Of a stretch of 37,617 nucleotides of DNA, positions 31,071-37,096 are shown piece by piece. How positions within the stretch are numbered: position 1 is the stretch's first letter; each line of letters begins with the position of its first letter. The stretch is taken from positions 1 to 37,617 of IMG/VR virus record IMGVR_UViG_3300020409_000039; one strand, written 5' to 3'. The translations under genes were made by a program, and so were the position numbers. Below the pieces are notes generated by a model, which saw only the letters and a program-made list of their open reading frames with translations, was not told where the DNA came from and searched no databases. The stretch comes from a virus (Duplodnaviria; Caudoviricetes).

Positions 31071-31187
31071 TCACGGAGTATATTCGTATCCATACTTCTG
31101 TAAATATTCCTCAAACAACTCATCAGGAACTTTTCCTTCCCAATATTCCTTCTCAGTATACTCTTTTTTAGTCTCTGATGATTCCAT
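31071..31187 (-). CDS. Small acidic/aromatic peptide (38 aa), not in the ORF track
   Basis: MESSETKKEYTEKEYWEGKVPDELFEEYLQKYGYEYTP*; GAGGA lies a few nt upstream of the ATG; fills the gap before the late promoter. Confidence 0.6.
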   Translation of the reverse strand: MESSETKKEYTEKEYWEGKVPDELFEEYLQKYGYEYTP

Positions 31188-31623
31188 AGTCGTCCTCTAG
31201 TACTTCTTTTAGGTAATTTTCGTCCCAATAATCGTAATAATTGGTTTTTGCAAGTTTTTTTCTTGCTTCAGTGAGTTCTTTTCGTGGTTGACACAACACT
31301 AAGTTGTATTTTCCGTTTGATGTTTGTATTCCTTGTATGTATGTCTTCGTTTTTCCGTGATCTGCAATAAATTTATAGTCAGGATAGTTATGATTGTAGT
31401 CATCAACAGCATCATACAGGTATTGAGCATCAATTTCGTCCTCTACAACGTAAATTATAACATCATATTCGCTATTTGGCACAATGCAACTTAATTTTTC
31501 GTCTAAAATTGTAAATTTAGCACTTGAAGCATAAGGACATATTGCAAAATTACCTAATTCTGGTCGAATTTTAGATAATTGTTGTATCCAATGTAAAATA
31601 TACCTACTCTTCTCGTCTTTCAT
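31168..31623 (-). CDS. Hypothetical protein, DUF1415-like (151 aa; start revised to MKDEK)
   Basis: WIQQLS...NFAICPYA resembles the DUF1415 'LCPFA' motif; C-terminal LAKTNYYDYW; the ATG at 31623 gives a 20-nt rather than 53-nt overlap. Confidence 0.65.
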   Translation of the reverse strand: MKDEKSRYILHWIQQLSKIRPELGNFAICPYASSAKFTILDEKLSCIVPNSEYDVIIYVVEDEIDAQYLYDAVDDYNHNYPDYKFIADHGKTKTYIQGIQTSNGKYNLVLCQPRKELTEARKKLAKTNYYDYWDENYLKEVLEDDYGIIRD

Positions 31624-32260
31624 CGGGTGTTGTCCAGAAATAGTCGTCACAATCACCTAATCGACCCCAGTTAACATCATTCTCAACCTCAAAGATACGT
31701 GTTGATACCTTAAAATCAGGTATTTTAACGTCTTGTGGTGTCATTGAGGTGTCAAAGATGCGACATCTGTTGTTTGGATAGAGACAAAACTGCCCATTTC
31801 GCAATTCAATGAGATTAAATGACTTATGTTCGTCAGGCATCTCACTTGTTGCAGTGTCTACTTGGTCATTATCACCGTGATAGTTGTCTAAAGTGCAAAT
31901 ATACTGACCTTTTTGGTTGCCAAAGTGCCTTGTACGACATTCCCACTCCATTGGAGCGACAAATTGCTTGACAATTACCGTAAAATCATAGTCCATACAG
32001 TTCCAAAACTGCAAATTGACCAAATCCATATCAGGATCAGGTATTTTTGGTCGGGAAAGAAACGCAGAAATAGGTAATTTATCATACATTGCTCCATATT
32101 CGGGTAAATATGTCTCAAAATAGAAGGCACGACCCTGTATTGACTTCGCACAGACCCATAAACCCTCTACAAACTCCCCATGACCCGATTGAAAATCAGT
32201 TAGATACTCTTTTCGCACCCATACTTTCTTCGTTGGTAGGTTTGCAATTAATTTTGACAT
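31604..32260 (-). CDS. Conserved marine phage hypothetical protein (218 aa)
   Basis: Long ORF on the coding strand; VRKEYL, GAMYDKLPISAF, EHKSFN, NGQFCLYPNNR motifs recalled from cyanophage core hypotheticals; function unknown. Confidence 0.85.
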   Translation of the reverse strand: MSKLIANLPTKKVWVRKEYLTDFQSGHGEFVEGLWVCAKSIQGRAFYFETYLPEYGAMYDKLPISAFLSRPKIPDPDMDLVNLQFWNCMDYDFTVIVKQFVAPMEWECRTRHFGNQKGQYICTLDNYHGDNDQVDTATSEMPDEHKSFNLIELRNGQFCLYPNNRCRIFDTSMTPQDVKIPDFKVSTRIFEVENDVNWGRLGDCDDYFWTTPDERREE

Positions 32261-32688
32261 GTTTCAAAGAAGTTAGAAATCTCGTATCCTTGTAATTTTG
32301 ACTTATAATTTGATGATTCTCCCAGATAAAAGTAATCATACCCTAATTTTTTATATAATGCAATCTCATTCTTGTTCGCAACGTGACCTAAACTCAGTTT
32401 CTTATTTCGATAGTTCCAAGCAAACTGATCCGCCCATACACTATTCACACTCTTAAATTTATAGGCAAGAGTAAATGCTGCTAACTCATTTCCATCATAG
32501 TAACCAATGATATCCGTATGCGGTAATTCAAACTCTTCACGGAATATCGGCACCACATCATCAAATTTTTTATAGTTTACATACTCTCGATAGATTTCAA
32601 GACACTTTTCAAAAGAAGAACTACCAAGAATACGATAATTATGGTACTCTTGATAGTTTGTGTCTTGAAGTCGAATCCGACAATACAT
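32248..32688 (-). CDS. GNAT-fold protein resembling the C-terminal domain of arginyl/leucyl-tRNA-protein transferases (ATE_C/Bpt)
   Basis: GYYDGNELAAF...FAWNYRNKKLSLGHVANKNEIALYKKLGYDYFYLG...YKSKL parallels the ATE_C pattern LSLG..s.l.EI......G..Y.YLG.....YK. Confidence 0.7.
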   Translation of the reverse strand: MYCRIRLQDTNYQEYHNYRILGSSSFEKCLEIYREYVNYKKFDDVVPIFREEFELPHTDIIGYYDGNELAAFTLAYKFKSVNSVWADQFAWNYRNKKLSLGHVANKNEIALYKKLGYDYFYLGESSNYKSKLQGYEISNFFETCQN

Positions 32689-32834
32689 TAACGACCCTGC
32701 CCTCTGTATCTTTTGCGAGCCGAGTTACGAGAGGAAGCGGAGTATTTCGAGTGCTTCCCTGTTCCTTGTCGAGTTTTTTTGGGTCGTGACTCAGTTACAT
32801 AAGTACTTCCCATCATTCCTGATCGTTTTGCCAT
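32688..32834 (-). CDS. Small, very basic peptide (48 aa), not in the ORF track
   Basis: MAKRSGMMGSTYVTESRPKKTRQGTGKHSKYSASSRNSARKRYRGQGR*; TAATG overlaps at both ends; the KRYRGQG C-terminus is familiar from T4-like marine phages. Confidence 0.88.
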   Translation of the reverse strand: MAKRSGMMGSTYVTESRPKKTRQGTGKHSKYSASSRNSARKRYRGQGR

Positions 32835-33016
32835 TAGTCTTCTTCCTTTATAGGTTCATAAGTAATTTCTTTTTGGATTTGCTGTCCTGTTACATATTGT
32901 TCAACAGCATAGTCTTCAAGTCGGTCAAAGAGTTCTGATTCACTGACGTTCCAGAAAACTACCTTGCCTTTACGGAGTATATTGTATCTTGTCATATGTG
33001 GGAGTTTTATATCCAT
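32834..33016 (-). CDS. Small hypothetical protein (alternative start at 32995)
   Basis: RYNILRKGKVVFWNVSESELFDRLEDYA; abuts both neighbours. Confidence 0.8.
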   Translation of the reverse strand: MDIKLPHMTRYNILRKGKVVFWNVSESELFDRLEDYAVEQYVTGQQIQKEITYEPIKEED

Positions 33017-33916
33017 TTATATGATTCTGGTTTTCTCGTGACCAACTCGAATGCGTGGATCGCACCAGATTTCAAATCCTGCCTCTTTTGCATCAAGACA
33101 GAAAGAAACGTCCTCACCGCACATATCTTGAACCTCTCCTGATTCAAATACCTGCATCTTTGGAGCAAACCAAGGATAAGGCATACCTTCGTGTTCAAAG
33201 ACTCCGTTCTTAATCAATAACCAACCAAAACCACTATAGTCAACTGTAAATGGTTTCTTTCTCTTACTGATACTTTCAATTGTTTCGTGATTCATCACTC
33301 CACCATTTCCACGGAAATCATTTTCATCTAACCAGTGAGCAACGGATGTTGTCTTTCCATCTTCGGTGCAGTACCATCCCGCAACAATTGGTCTCTCCTT
33401 CTCAGGGTCAACGTGTAACTTAAATCCTGCAAGTTTTGTTTTATCTGTACCATCCTCATTCTTCAAAGGTACTCCCTTTTCATCTAATTCTGGTTGATAT
33501 ACTTCTTCCTTTGTAACTGCCTGTTCTGGAATTGCATTCAATATTAACTGATAGAACTTCTCTGTGTTGAATACAATATCTGAGTCAATCCAGAGTTGAT
33601 AATCATACTTGAGTTTACCATCCCAAGGTATTTGATTTGGTCCTCTTAAAACATTTGCTCCTAAACATTTGCATCTTGCAAAGTTTACCATTGATGAATA
33701 ATCTTGAGATATCTGTATTGCTGCTCCTGCTTGTACTAAATCAAATGCTAAAGTTACAAATGATTTAAGAAAATTATATGAGACTCCTCGACCTGGTAAA
33801 CAAAATACGATTGTTTTTCCTTTTACCAATGCTCTTGCTAAAGCATAGTCCCATTCTGGTTTTGAAGGAGTTTTTTTCTTTGGGTTTTTCGCTTTGACTG
33901 TGAATCCTTTCGCCAT
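33017..33916 (-). CDS. Putative GT-A fold glycosyltransferase (conserved cyanophage protein)
   Basis: IVFCLPG strand, VNFARC, YDYQLWIDSDIVF (DxD motif), GFGWLLIK.GVFE, GEDVSFC, IWCDPRIRVGH. Confidence 0.8.
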   Translation of the reverse strand: MAKGFTVKAKNPKKKTPSKPEWDYALARALVKGKTIVFCLPGRGVSYNFLKSFVTLAFDLVQAGAAIQISQDYSSMVNFARCKCLGANVLRGPNQIPWDGKLKYDYQLWIDSDIVFNTEKFYQLILNAIPEQAVTKEEVYQPELDEKGVPLKNEDGTDKTKLAGFKLHVDPEKERPIVAGWYCTEDGKTTSVAHWLDENDFRGNGGVMNHETIESISKRKKPFTVDYSGFGWLLIKNGVFEHEGMPYPWFAPKMQVFESGEVQDMCGEDVSFCLDAKEAGFEIWCDPRIRVGHEKTRII

Positions 33917-33938
33917 AATGTGTTGTAATTACATTCAT

Positions 33939-33967
33939 ATCATACTGTAATTTATACACTTTGTCAA
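33939..33967 (-). promoter_or_regulatory. Sigma70-type promoter TTGACA-N17-TATGAT with a late-like TATAAATT inside the spacer
   Basis: Minus strand TTGACA AAGTGTATAAATTACAG TATGAT, 23 nt upstream of the glycosyltransferase ATG. Confidence 0.8.
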
Positions 33968-34131
33968 TGCTTCTTTTTATTACTTGGTTCGGCAAACAGG
34001 AAAGGTTTATACGATATGAGTATCTGGTGCTTCTTACCAGTTTTCTTTTCGTAAGTATCAAATGTAATATTAAATCTTATATGGCGATTTTTAAAAATTA
34101 CCTTACCAATGCGAAACTCTTCTTCATCCAT
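33964..34131 (-). CDS. Small hypothetical protein (55 aa; start revised to MDEEEF)
   Basis: TAATG overlap with the upstream stop at 34131. Confidence 0.6.
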   Translation of the reverse strand: MDEEEFRIGKVIFKNRHIRFNITFDTYEKKTGKKHQILISYKPFLFAEPSNKKKH

Positions 34132-34313
34132 TAATAAGAATGCTCCATGATTGGTTCTTCCTTGACACATACATCATCAAGACATTCAGCATATGTTATT
34201 TCTTCTTTCCAATATGATGTATATAACTTATTCCATATTAATGTAAATTCTTCGAGTGTCAAATTTTTAAATAAAACTTTTTCTTGAAAGTAAATGTGAT
34301 AGGTTGGATTCAT
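34131..34313 (-). CDS. Small hypothetical protein (60 aa; start revised to MNPTYHIY)
   Basis: ATGA overlap with the upstream stop; YHIYFQEKVLFKNLTLEEF resembles the 32834-33016 protein. Confidence 0.8.
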   Translation of the reverse strand: MNPTYHIYFQEKVLFKNLTLEEFTLIWNKLYTSYWKEEITYAECLDDVCVKEEPIMEHSY

Positions 34314-34480
34314 TGGGATACCTCTTGTATGTGGATGCCAGCTGTGTCTACGTGCCAAACTAATTCTGTGTCCTCGTACCAGTCAAATTCATTGATTACC
34401 CATTCAGGTACAACTATTTGATATTGATTTGAAATTGGATCGATTGTGATGGGTACTTTTGAATCTTCGTACTTCTTCAT
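34310..34480 (-). CDS. Small AbrB/MazE (swapped-hairpin)-like protein (56 aa; start revised to MKKYED)
   Basis: YQIVVPEWVINEFDWYEDTELVW matches the AbrB-type pattern 'i.iP..i...lg...gd.l.'; promoter directly upstream. Confidence 0.6.
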   Translation of the reverse strand: MKKYEDSKVPITIDPISNQYQIVVPEWVINEFDWYEDTELVWHVDTAGIHIQEVSQ

Positions 34481-34504
34481 AAGGGATATGTTTTTCACTT
34501 TTTC

Positions 34505-34533
34505 AGTATATAGTACATAGGTATTTTTTGCAA
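34505..34533 (-). promoter_or_regulatory. Sigma70-type promoter TTGCAA-N17-TATACT
   Basis: Read directly; 25 nt upstream of the ATG at 34480. Confidence 0.7.
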
Positions 34534-34654
34534 ATCCTGTGTGGGCATTTTTTAACACGAAAAAATTTCTGTACCCCCTGTGTAAATCCTTTGCGTTTTT
34601 CATAGAGAACTCGCTTTGGGTCGTTTATAGCTTATATGGTACCTTGCGATTTTC

Positions 34655-34677
34655 AATAAGGGGGGCAACCCGCCCCC
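34655..34677 (-). terminator. GC hairpin, probable terminator closing the early block
   Basis: Minus strand GGGGGC-GGGTT-GCCCCC followed by CTTATT, 27 nt after the stop at 34704; U-tract is weak. Confidence 0.55.
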
Positions 34678-34703
34678 GCACTGGTCCTCACGCACGAACA
34701 GGG

Positions 34704-34907
34704 TTAGTATGCCCTCTGCCCAAGTGCTGCGGGTCTGTCGCCATACTCTCCGCAATGCTTACCCCAAATGTTTATCTGTTCTGCGTATCCGTAGAGCATA
34801 GAAAGGTCTAAGCAGGTTTCAGTTGCTATCCAACTGTCGTCAGTTGCTTCAACCTCTTGAACTTCGCCAAGTGTGTTGTATGCGATTATGTTATAAAATT
34901 CGTTCAT
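34704..34907 (-). CDS. Small early hypothetical protein (67 aa)
   Basis: TATAAT at 34933-34938 upstream; ends GEYGDRPAALGQRAY. Confidence 0.8.
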   Translation of the reverse strand: MNEFYNIIAYNTLGEVQEVEATDDSWIATETCLDLSMLYGYAEQINIWGKHCGEYGDRPAALGQRAY

Positions 34908-34932
34908 AATTTAATGGGGTGTAATTACTTTT

Positions 34933-34978
34933 ATTATAACGGATCGATCCAGTCTGTGGTACGAATATCCACAGACTG
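34933..34978 (-). promoter_or_regulatory. -10 box TATAAT preceded by a 10-bp palindrome and a 10-bp-stem hairpin
   Basis: attata 34933-38; ggatcgatcc 34941-50; cagtctgtgg/ccacagactg at 34950-59/34969-78; no good -35. Confidence 0.6.
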
Positions 34979-34988
34979 AAACATTTTG

Positions 34989-35555
34989 TTACTCAACTCC
35001 TGCATTATCACTTAGTGGGGGAAAGTGTCCAGTTAACTGTTGGTACTTGTCGCAAAGTGAAGACTCATACTTATAAAACGTCTTTGCATTGTATTTGATG
35101 CTATCCCCCCACGGTAGGTTGATTGTTGCTTCTGCAAGTGGTACGTCAAAGGCATACCATTCAACTGTTTTACCCTCACGGATTGCGGTGTATTGTGTTT
35201 CTGTAATGTTGAAGTTAGTAACAGAGCAGGTACCCTTATTACGTGCCTTACGTGTTCCGCAGTTGTAAGAACCGTGTCTCCCTTTCATTCCAACATAGGT
35301 ACCACCGATTTTAACTATCTTTCCGTCAATGACGATTGCATATATTAACTCTCTGTATGAGTTGTACTTGTCTTCTAATCCCTTGACTACGTTATACTGT
35401 ATGGGGTTAACTTCAGGGTTTTTAATAAATCTTTCTTCAGGTTTCAACCCTGCTTCTGCAATTTTGTAGAATCCATACTGCAAAAAGGATTCAATCGGTA
35501 ACTCATTAGAAAAGTCTCTTGAGTATTCGGGAAGTATTGAGGGTAAGTAGTTCAT
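34989..35555 (-). CDS. denA: GIY-YIG nuclease resembling T4 endonuclease II (188 aa; start revised to ATG 35555)
   Basis: LIYAIVIDGKIVKIGGT...KGRHGSY...IREGKTVEWYA...YESSL...PPLS parallels T4 EndoII VIYAIAINDELVYIGKT...RKRINYY...LKEGSKVEFYA...EEPLF...PPWN. Confidence 0.7.
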   Translation of the reverse strand: MNYLPSILPEYSRDFSNELPIESFLQYGFYKIAEAGLKPEERFIKNPEVNPIQYNVVKGLEDKYNSYRELIYAIVIDGKIVKIGGTYVGMKGRHGSYNCGTRKARNKGTCSVTNFNITETQYTAIREGKTVEWYAFDVPLAEATINLPWGDSIKYNAKTFYKYESSLCDKYQQLTGHFPPLSDNAGVE

Positions 35556-35608
35556 CAAAGTTAAAAAACGTTTGGGAAAAGTCAAAGTGCGTTTCCCTGT
35601 ATGATTAA

Positions 35609-35617
35609 ATTATAGCA
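35609..35617 (-). promoter_or_regulatory. Extended -10 promoter TGCTATAAT
   Basis: Immediately downstream of the terminator U-tract, upstream of the nuclease gene. Confidence 0.7.
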
Positions 35618-35618
35618 T

Positions 35619-35643
35619 AAAAAAGGGAGGTTTGTGACCTCCC
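35619..35643 (-). terminator. Rho-independent terminator
   Basis: Minus strand GGGAGGT-CACAA-ACCTCCC-TTTTTT, 17 nt after the stop at 35660. Confidence 0.85.
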
Positions 35644-35659
35644 AAATATTAAATAATCC

Positions 35660-35896
35660 TTAAGCATATTTGCTTGTAGGGTGTGGGTTGTCAGGGGTGC
35701 AACCGAATGAAGCGAAGTATGCGTTCATCATTCCTCTGTTCACTTCGGGGTCATCAAAGTCAACTCCTCCGATGTGGTCAACTCCCCACTCTGAGATCTC
35801 ATCAATGAATGTTTGGAAGTCTTCGCAAAGAAAGGCAATGTCATAAAATGACTCTTTCTGTTCAATGCGGTTGATTAGTCTTTGTGTTTTAGTCAT
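35660..35896 (-). CDS. Small acidic early hypothetical protein (78 aa; start revised to MTKTQ)
   Basis: The track's start overlaps the promoter; ATG at 35896 is preceded by CACCCCT. Confidence 0.8.
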   Translation of the reverse strand: MTKTQRLINRIEQKESFYDIAFLCEDFQTFIDEISEWGVDHIGGVDFDDPEVNRGMMNAYFASFGCTPDNPHPTSKYA

Positions 35897-35919
35897 AGGG
35901 GTGAATAACTTATACATTA

Positions 35920-35948
35920 AGTATAGCAAAAGGGGTCACATCATGCAA
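35920..35948 (-). promoter_or_regulatory. Sigma70-type promoter TTGCAT-N17-TATACT (TG extension) overlapping a terminator hairpin
   Basis: Minus strand TTGCAT GATGTGACCCCTTTTGC TATACT. Confidence 0.8.
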
Positions 35949-35958
35949 CCCCTTTTTT
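35928..35958. terminator. Bidirectional terminator-like hairpin
   Basis: aaaaggggt...accccttttt(t) with T-tracts on both strands, just after the ArdA-like stop. Confidence 0.7.
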
Positions 35959-35964
35959 AAATGT

Positions 35965-36381
35965 TTACCAGTTATTACAGAAGATATACCCGTTAGATTC
36001 CGTGTAATCGTAACTTAAGTTCTCCCATGTTTCCTCCCAATCAATAGCGATCCAATAAGGCATGTCTGAGGGCAACCCGTAACAGTCACTTACAAAATTC
36101 TCCGCAAATTGTGCTCCGCTTTCATAGTACCCATAGTATGCGTCCTGTAGGTGTTCAACGTCCATGAGGTCAAAGACTTCAATAAAAGAATCGACTGTAT
36201 CCTGATCGTATTCTTCAACCATGCGGGTGTAGTCTTCATAATAAAGAACAAAATCCTTATGTCCGTGAGTCTTTATAAACTCCTGCATTTCGTCTTTATC
36301 ATGCCCGTCTTCAATCAATTCTTTGATCAGATCCTCTGCATGCTCCTGATCATTGAAAGAGGTTGTTGCTGAAAGTGTCAT
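35965..36381 (-). CDS. ardA: ArdA-like antirestriction (DNA-mimic) protein
   Basis: Very D/E-rich; LQDAYYGYYESGAQFAENFV...MPYWIAIDWEETWENLSYDYTESNGYIF matches the ArdA C-terminal pattern Y.G...s..dfA......iDye.....l..d......g.vF. Confidence 0.7.
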   Translation of the reverse strand: MTLSATTSFNDQEHAEDLIKELIEDGHDKDEMQEFIKTHGHKDFVLYYEDYTRMVEEYDQDTVDSFIEVFDLMDVEHLQDAYYGYYESGAQFAENFVSDCYGLPSDMPYWIAIDWEETWENLSYDYTESNGYIFCNNW

Positions 36382-36411
36382 GTTTTTAAGGGGTAAGGGA
36401 TAAGGTATGCT

Positions 36412-36588
36412 TTATTGTAGCATACCTTCAAAGATTTGCAATGCACTCTTTTCAAGTGCTATTTGAACTCCTTCATGATGTTCGATTTCTGCGAACATCT
36501 CAGGGGTTAGGTCGTTTGAGGAGCAGAACTCCTCAACCGCTGTTTCAAAACAGGTTTCTAAAAGTGATTCGTGATGTAAAACTGACAT
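36412..36588 (-). CDS. Small acidic early protein (58 aa), not in the ORF track
   Basis: MSVLHHESLLETCFETAVEEFCSSNDLTPEMFAEIEHHEGVQIALEKSALQIFEGMLQ*; own promoter at 36613-36641. Confidence 0.85.
   Translation of the reverse strand: MSVLHHESLLETCFETAVEEFCSSNDLTPEMFAEIEHHEGVQIALEKSALQIFEGMLQ
36414..36441 (-). promoter_or_regulatory. Sigma70-type promoter TTGCAA-N16-TACAAT (TG extension)
   Basis: Embedded in the last codons of the 58-aa ORF; -10 flanked by a 9-bp inverted repeat. Confidence 0.7.
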
Positions 36589-36603
36589 TTGCTTTAGGGG
36601 TTG

Positions 36604-36858
36604 TTATACTCTATTATAACTTACAGGTTTGAATCCGTCAACCCCCAATTCTGCTAAAAGGCATCTATCGTATAATGAGTTACAAATTTCTGTTAACTCA
36701 TCACTGCTTGCCCCCCGTGTGGGGTCATATGATACCCACCCGTCCGCAGGTTCGTTTATGTCTCCAATTTCAACACACTGGTCGAACTTGTTGTATTTTG
36801 CAATAAGGGCGATGTCGCCCTTAATATACATTGGTTGTTTGCTCATTGCTCCATTCAT
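36604..36858 (-). CDS. Small early hypothetical protein (84 aa; start at 36858 or 36846)
   Basis: ATG 2 nt after the upstream stop at 36861. Confidence 0.75.
   Translation of the reverse strand: MNGAMSKQPMYIKGDIALIAKYNKFDQCVEIGDINEPADGWVSYDPTRGASSDELTEICNSLYDRCLLAELGVDGFKPVSYNRV
36613..36641 (-). promoter_or_regulatory. Near-consensus sigma70 promoter TTGACG-N17-TATAAT
   Basis: Minus strand TTGACG GATTCAAACCTGTAAGT TATAAT, inside the 3' end of the upstream CDS. Confidence 0.85.
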
Positions 36859-36860
36859 AA

Positions 36861-37028
36861 TTAGTGCCTGTCGCTGATGTACCATACCCCGTAGTTGTTG
36901 ATTCTTTGGGGTTCAAAGTTTCTCAAGGACATTTCCTTAAGTACTGATTGGACTACTGGATTGTCCATTGCTGTTTGATTTGCAAGAACCTTTCCGTCGT
37001 AGAGTGGTTGTAATTTGTTGTTGAACAT
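36861..37028 (-). CDS. Small early hypothetical protein (55 aa), not in the ORF track
   Basis: MFNNKLQPLYDGKVLANQTAMDNPVVQSVLKEMSLRNFEPQRINNYGVWYISDRH*; promoter at 37052-37079. Confidence 0.82.
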   Translation of the reverse strand: MFNNKLQPLYDGKVLANQTAMDNPVVQSVLKEMSLRNFEPQRINNYGVWYISDRH

Positions 37029-37051
37029 TAGGGATTTGTTTAACTACTTTT

Positions 37052-37079
37052 ATTATAGTCTCTGGAAAGAGGATATCAA
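37052..37079 (-). promoter_or_regulatory. Sigma70-type promoter TTGATA-N16-TATAAT
   Basis: Read directly in the intergenic gap, 24 nt upstream of ATG 37028. Confidence 0.75.
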
Positions 37080-37096
37080 GTAGACTTAATAAAGAT

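Noticed and set aside
33007-34061. ORFs 33007-33198 and 33774-34061
   Set aside because: Out-of-frame overlaps with the glycosyltransferase, its promoter and the 55-aa gene
34481-34811. N-terminal extension of 34310-34603 and plus-strand ORF 34539-34811
   Set aside because: The extension runs through a clear promoter and repeat region; the plus ORF is antisense to a better-supported gene
36151-36877. Plus-strand ORFs 36151-36372, 36441-36632 and 36629-36877
   Set aside because: Antisense to minus-strand genes that have their own promoters
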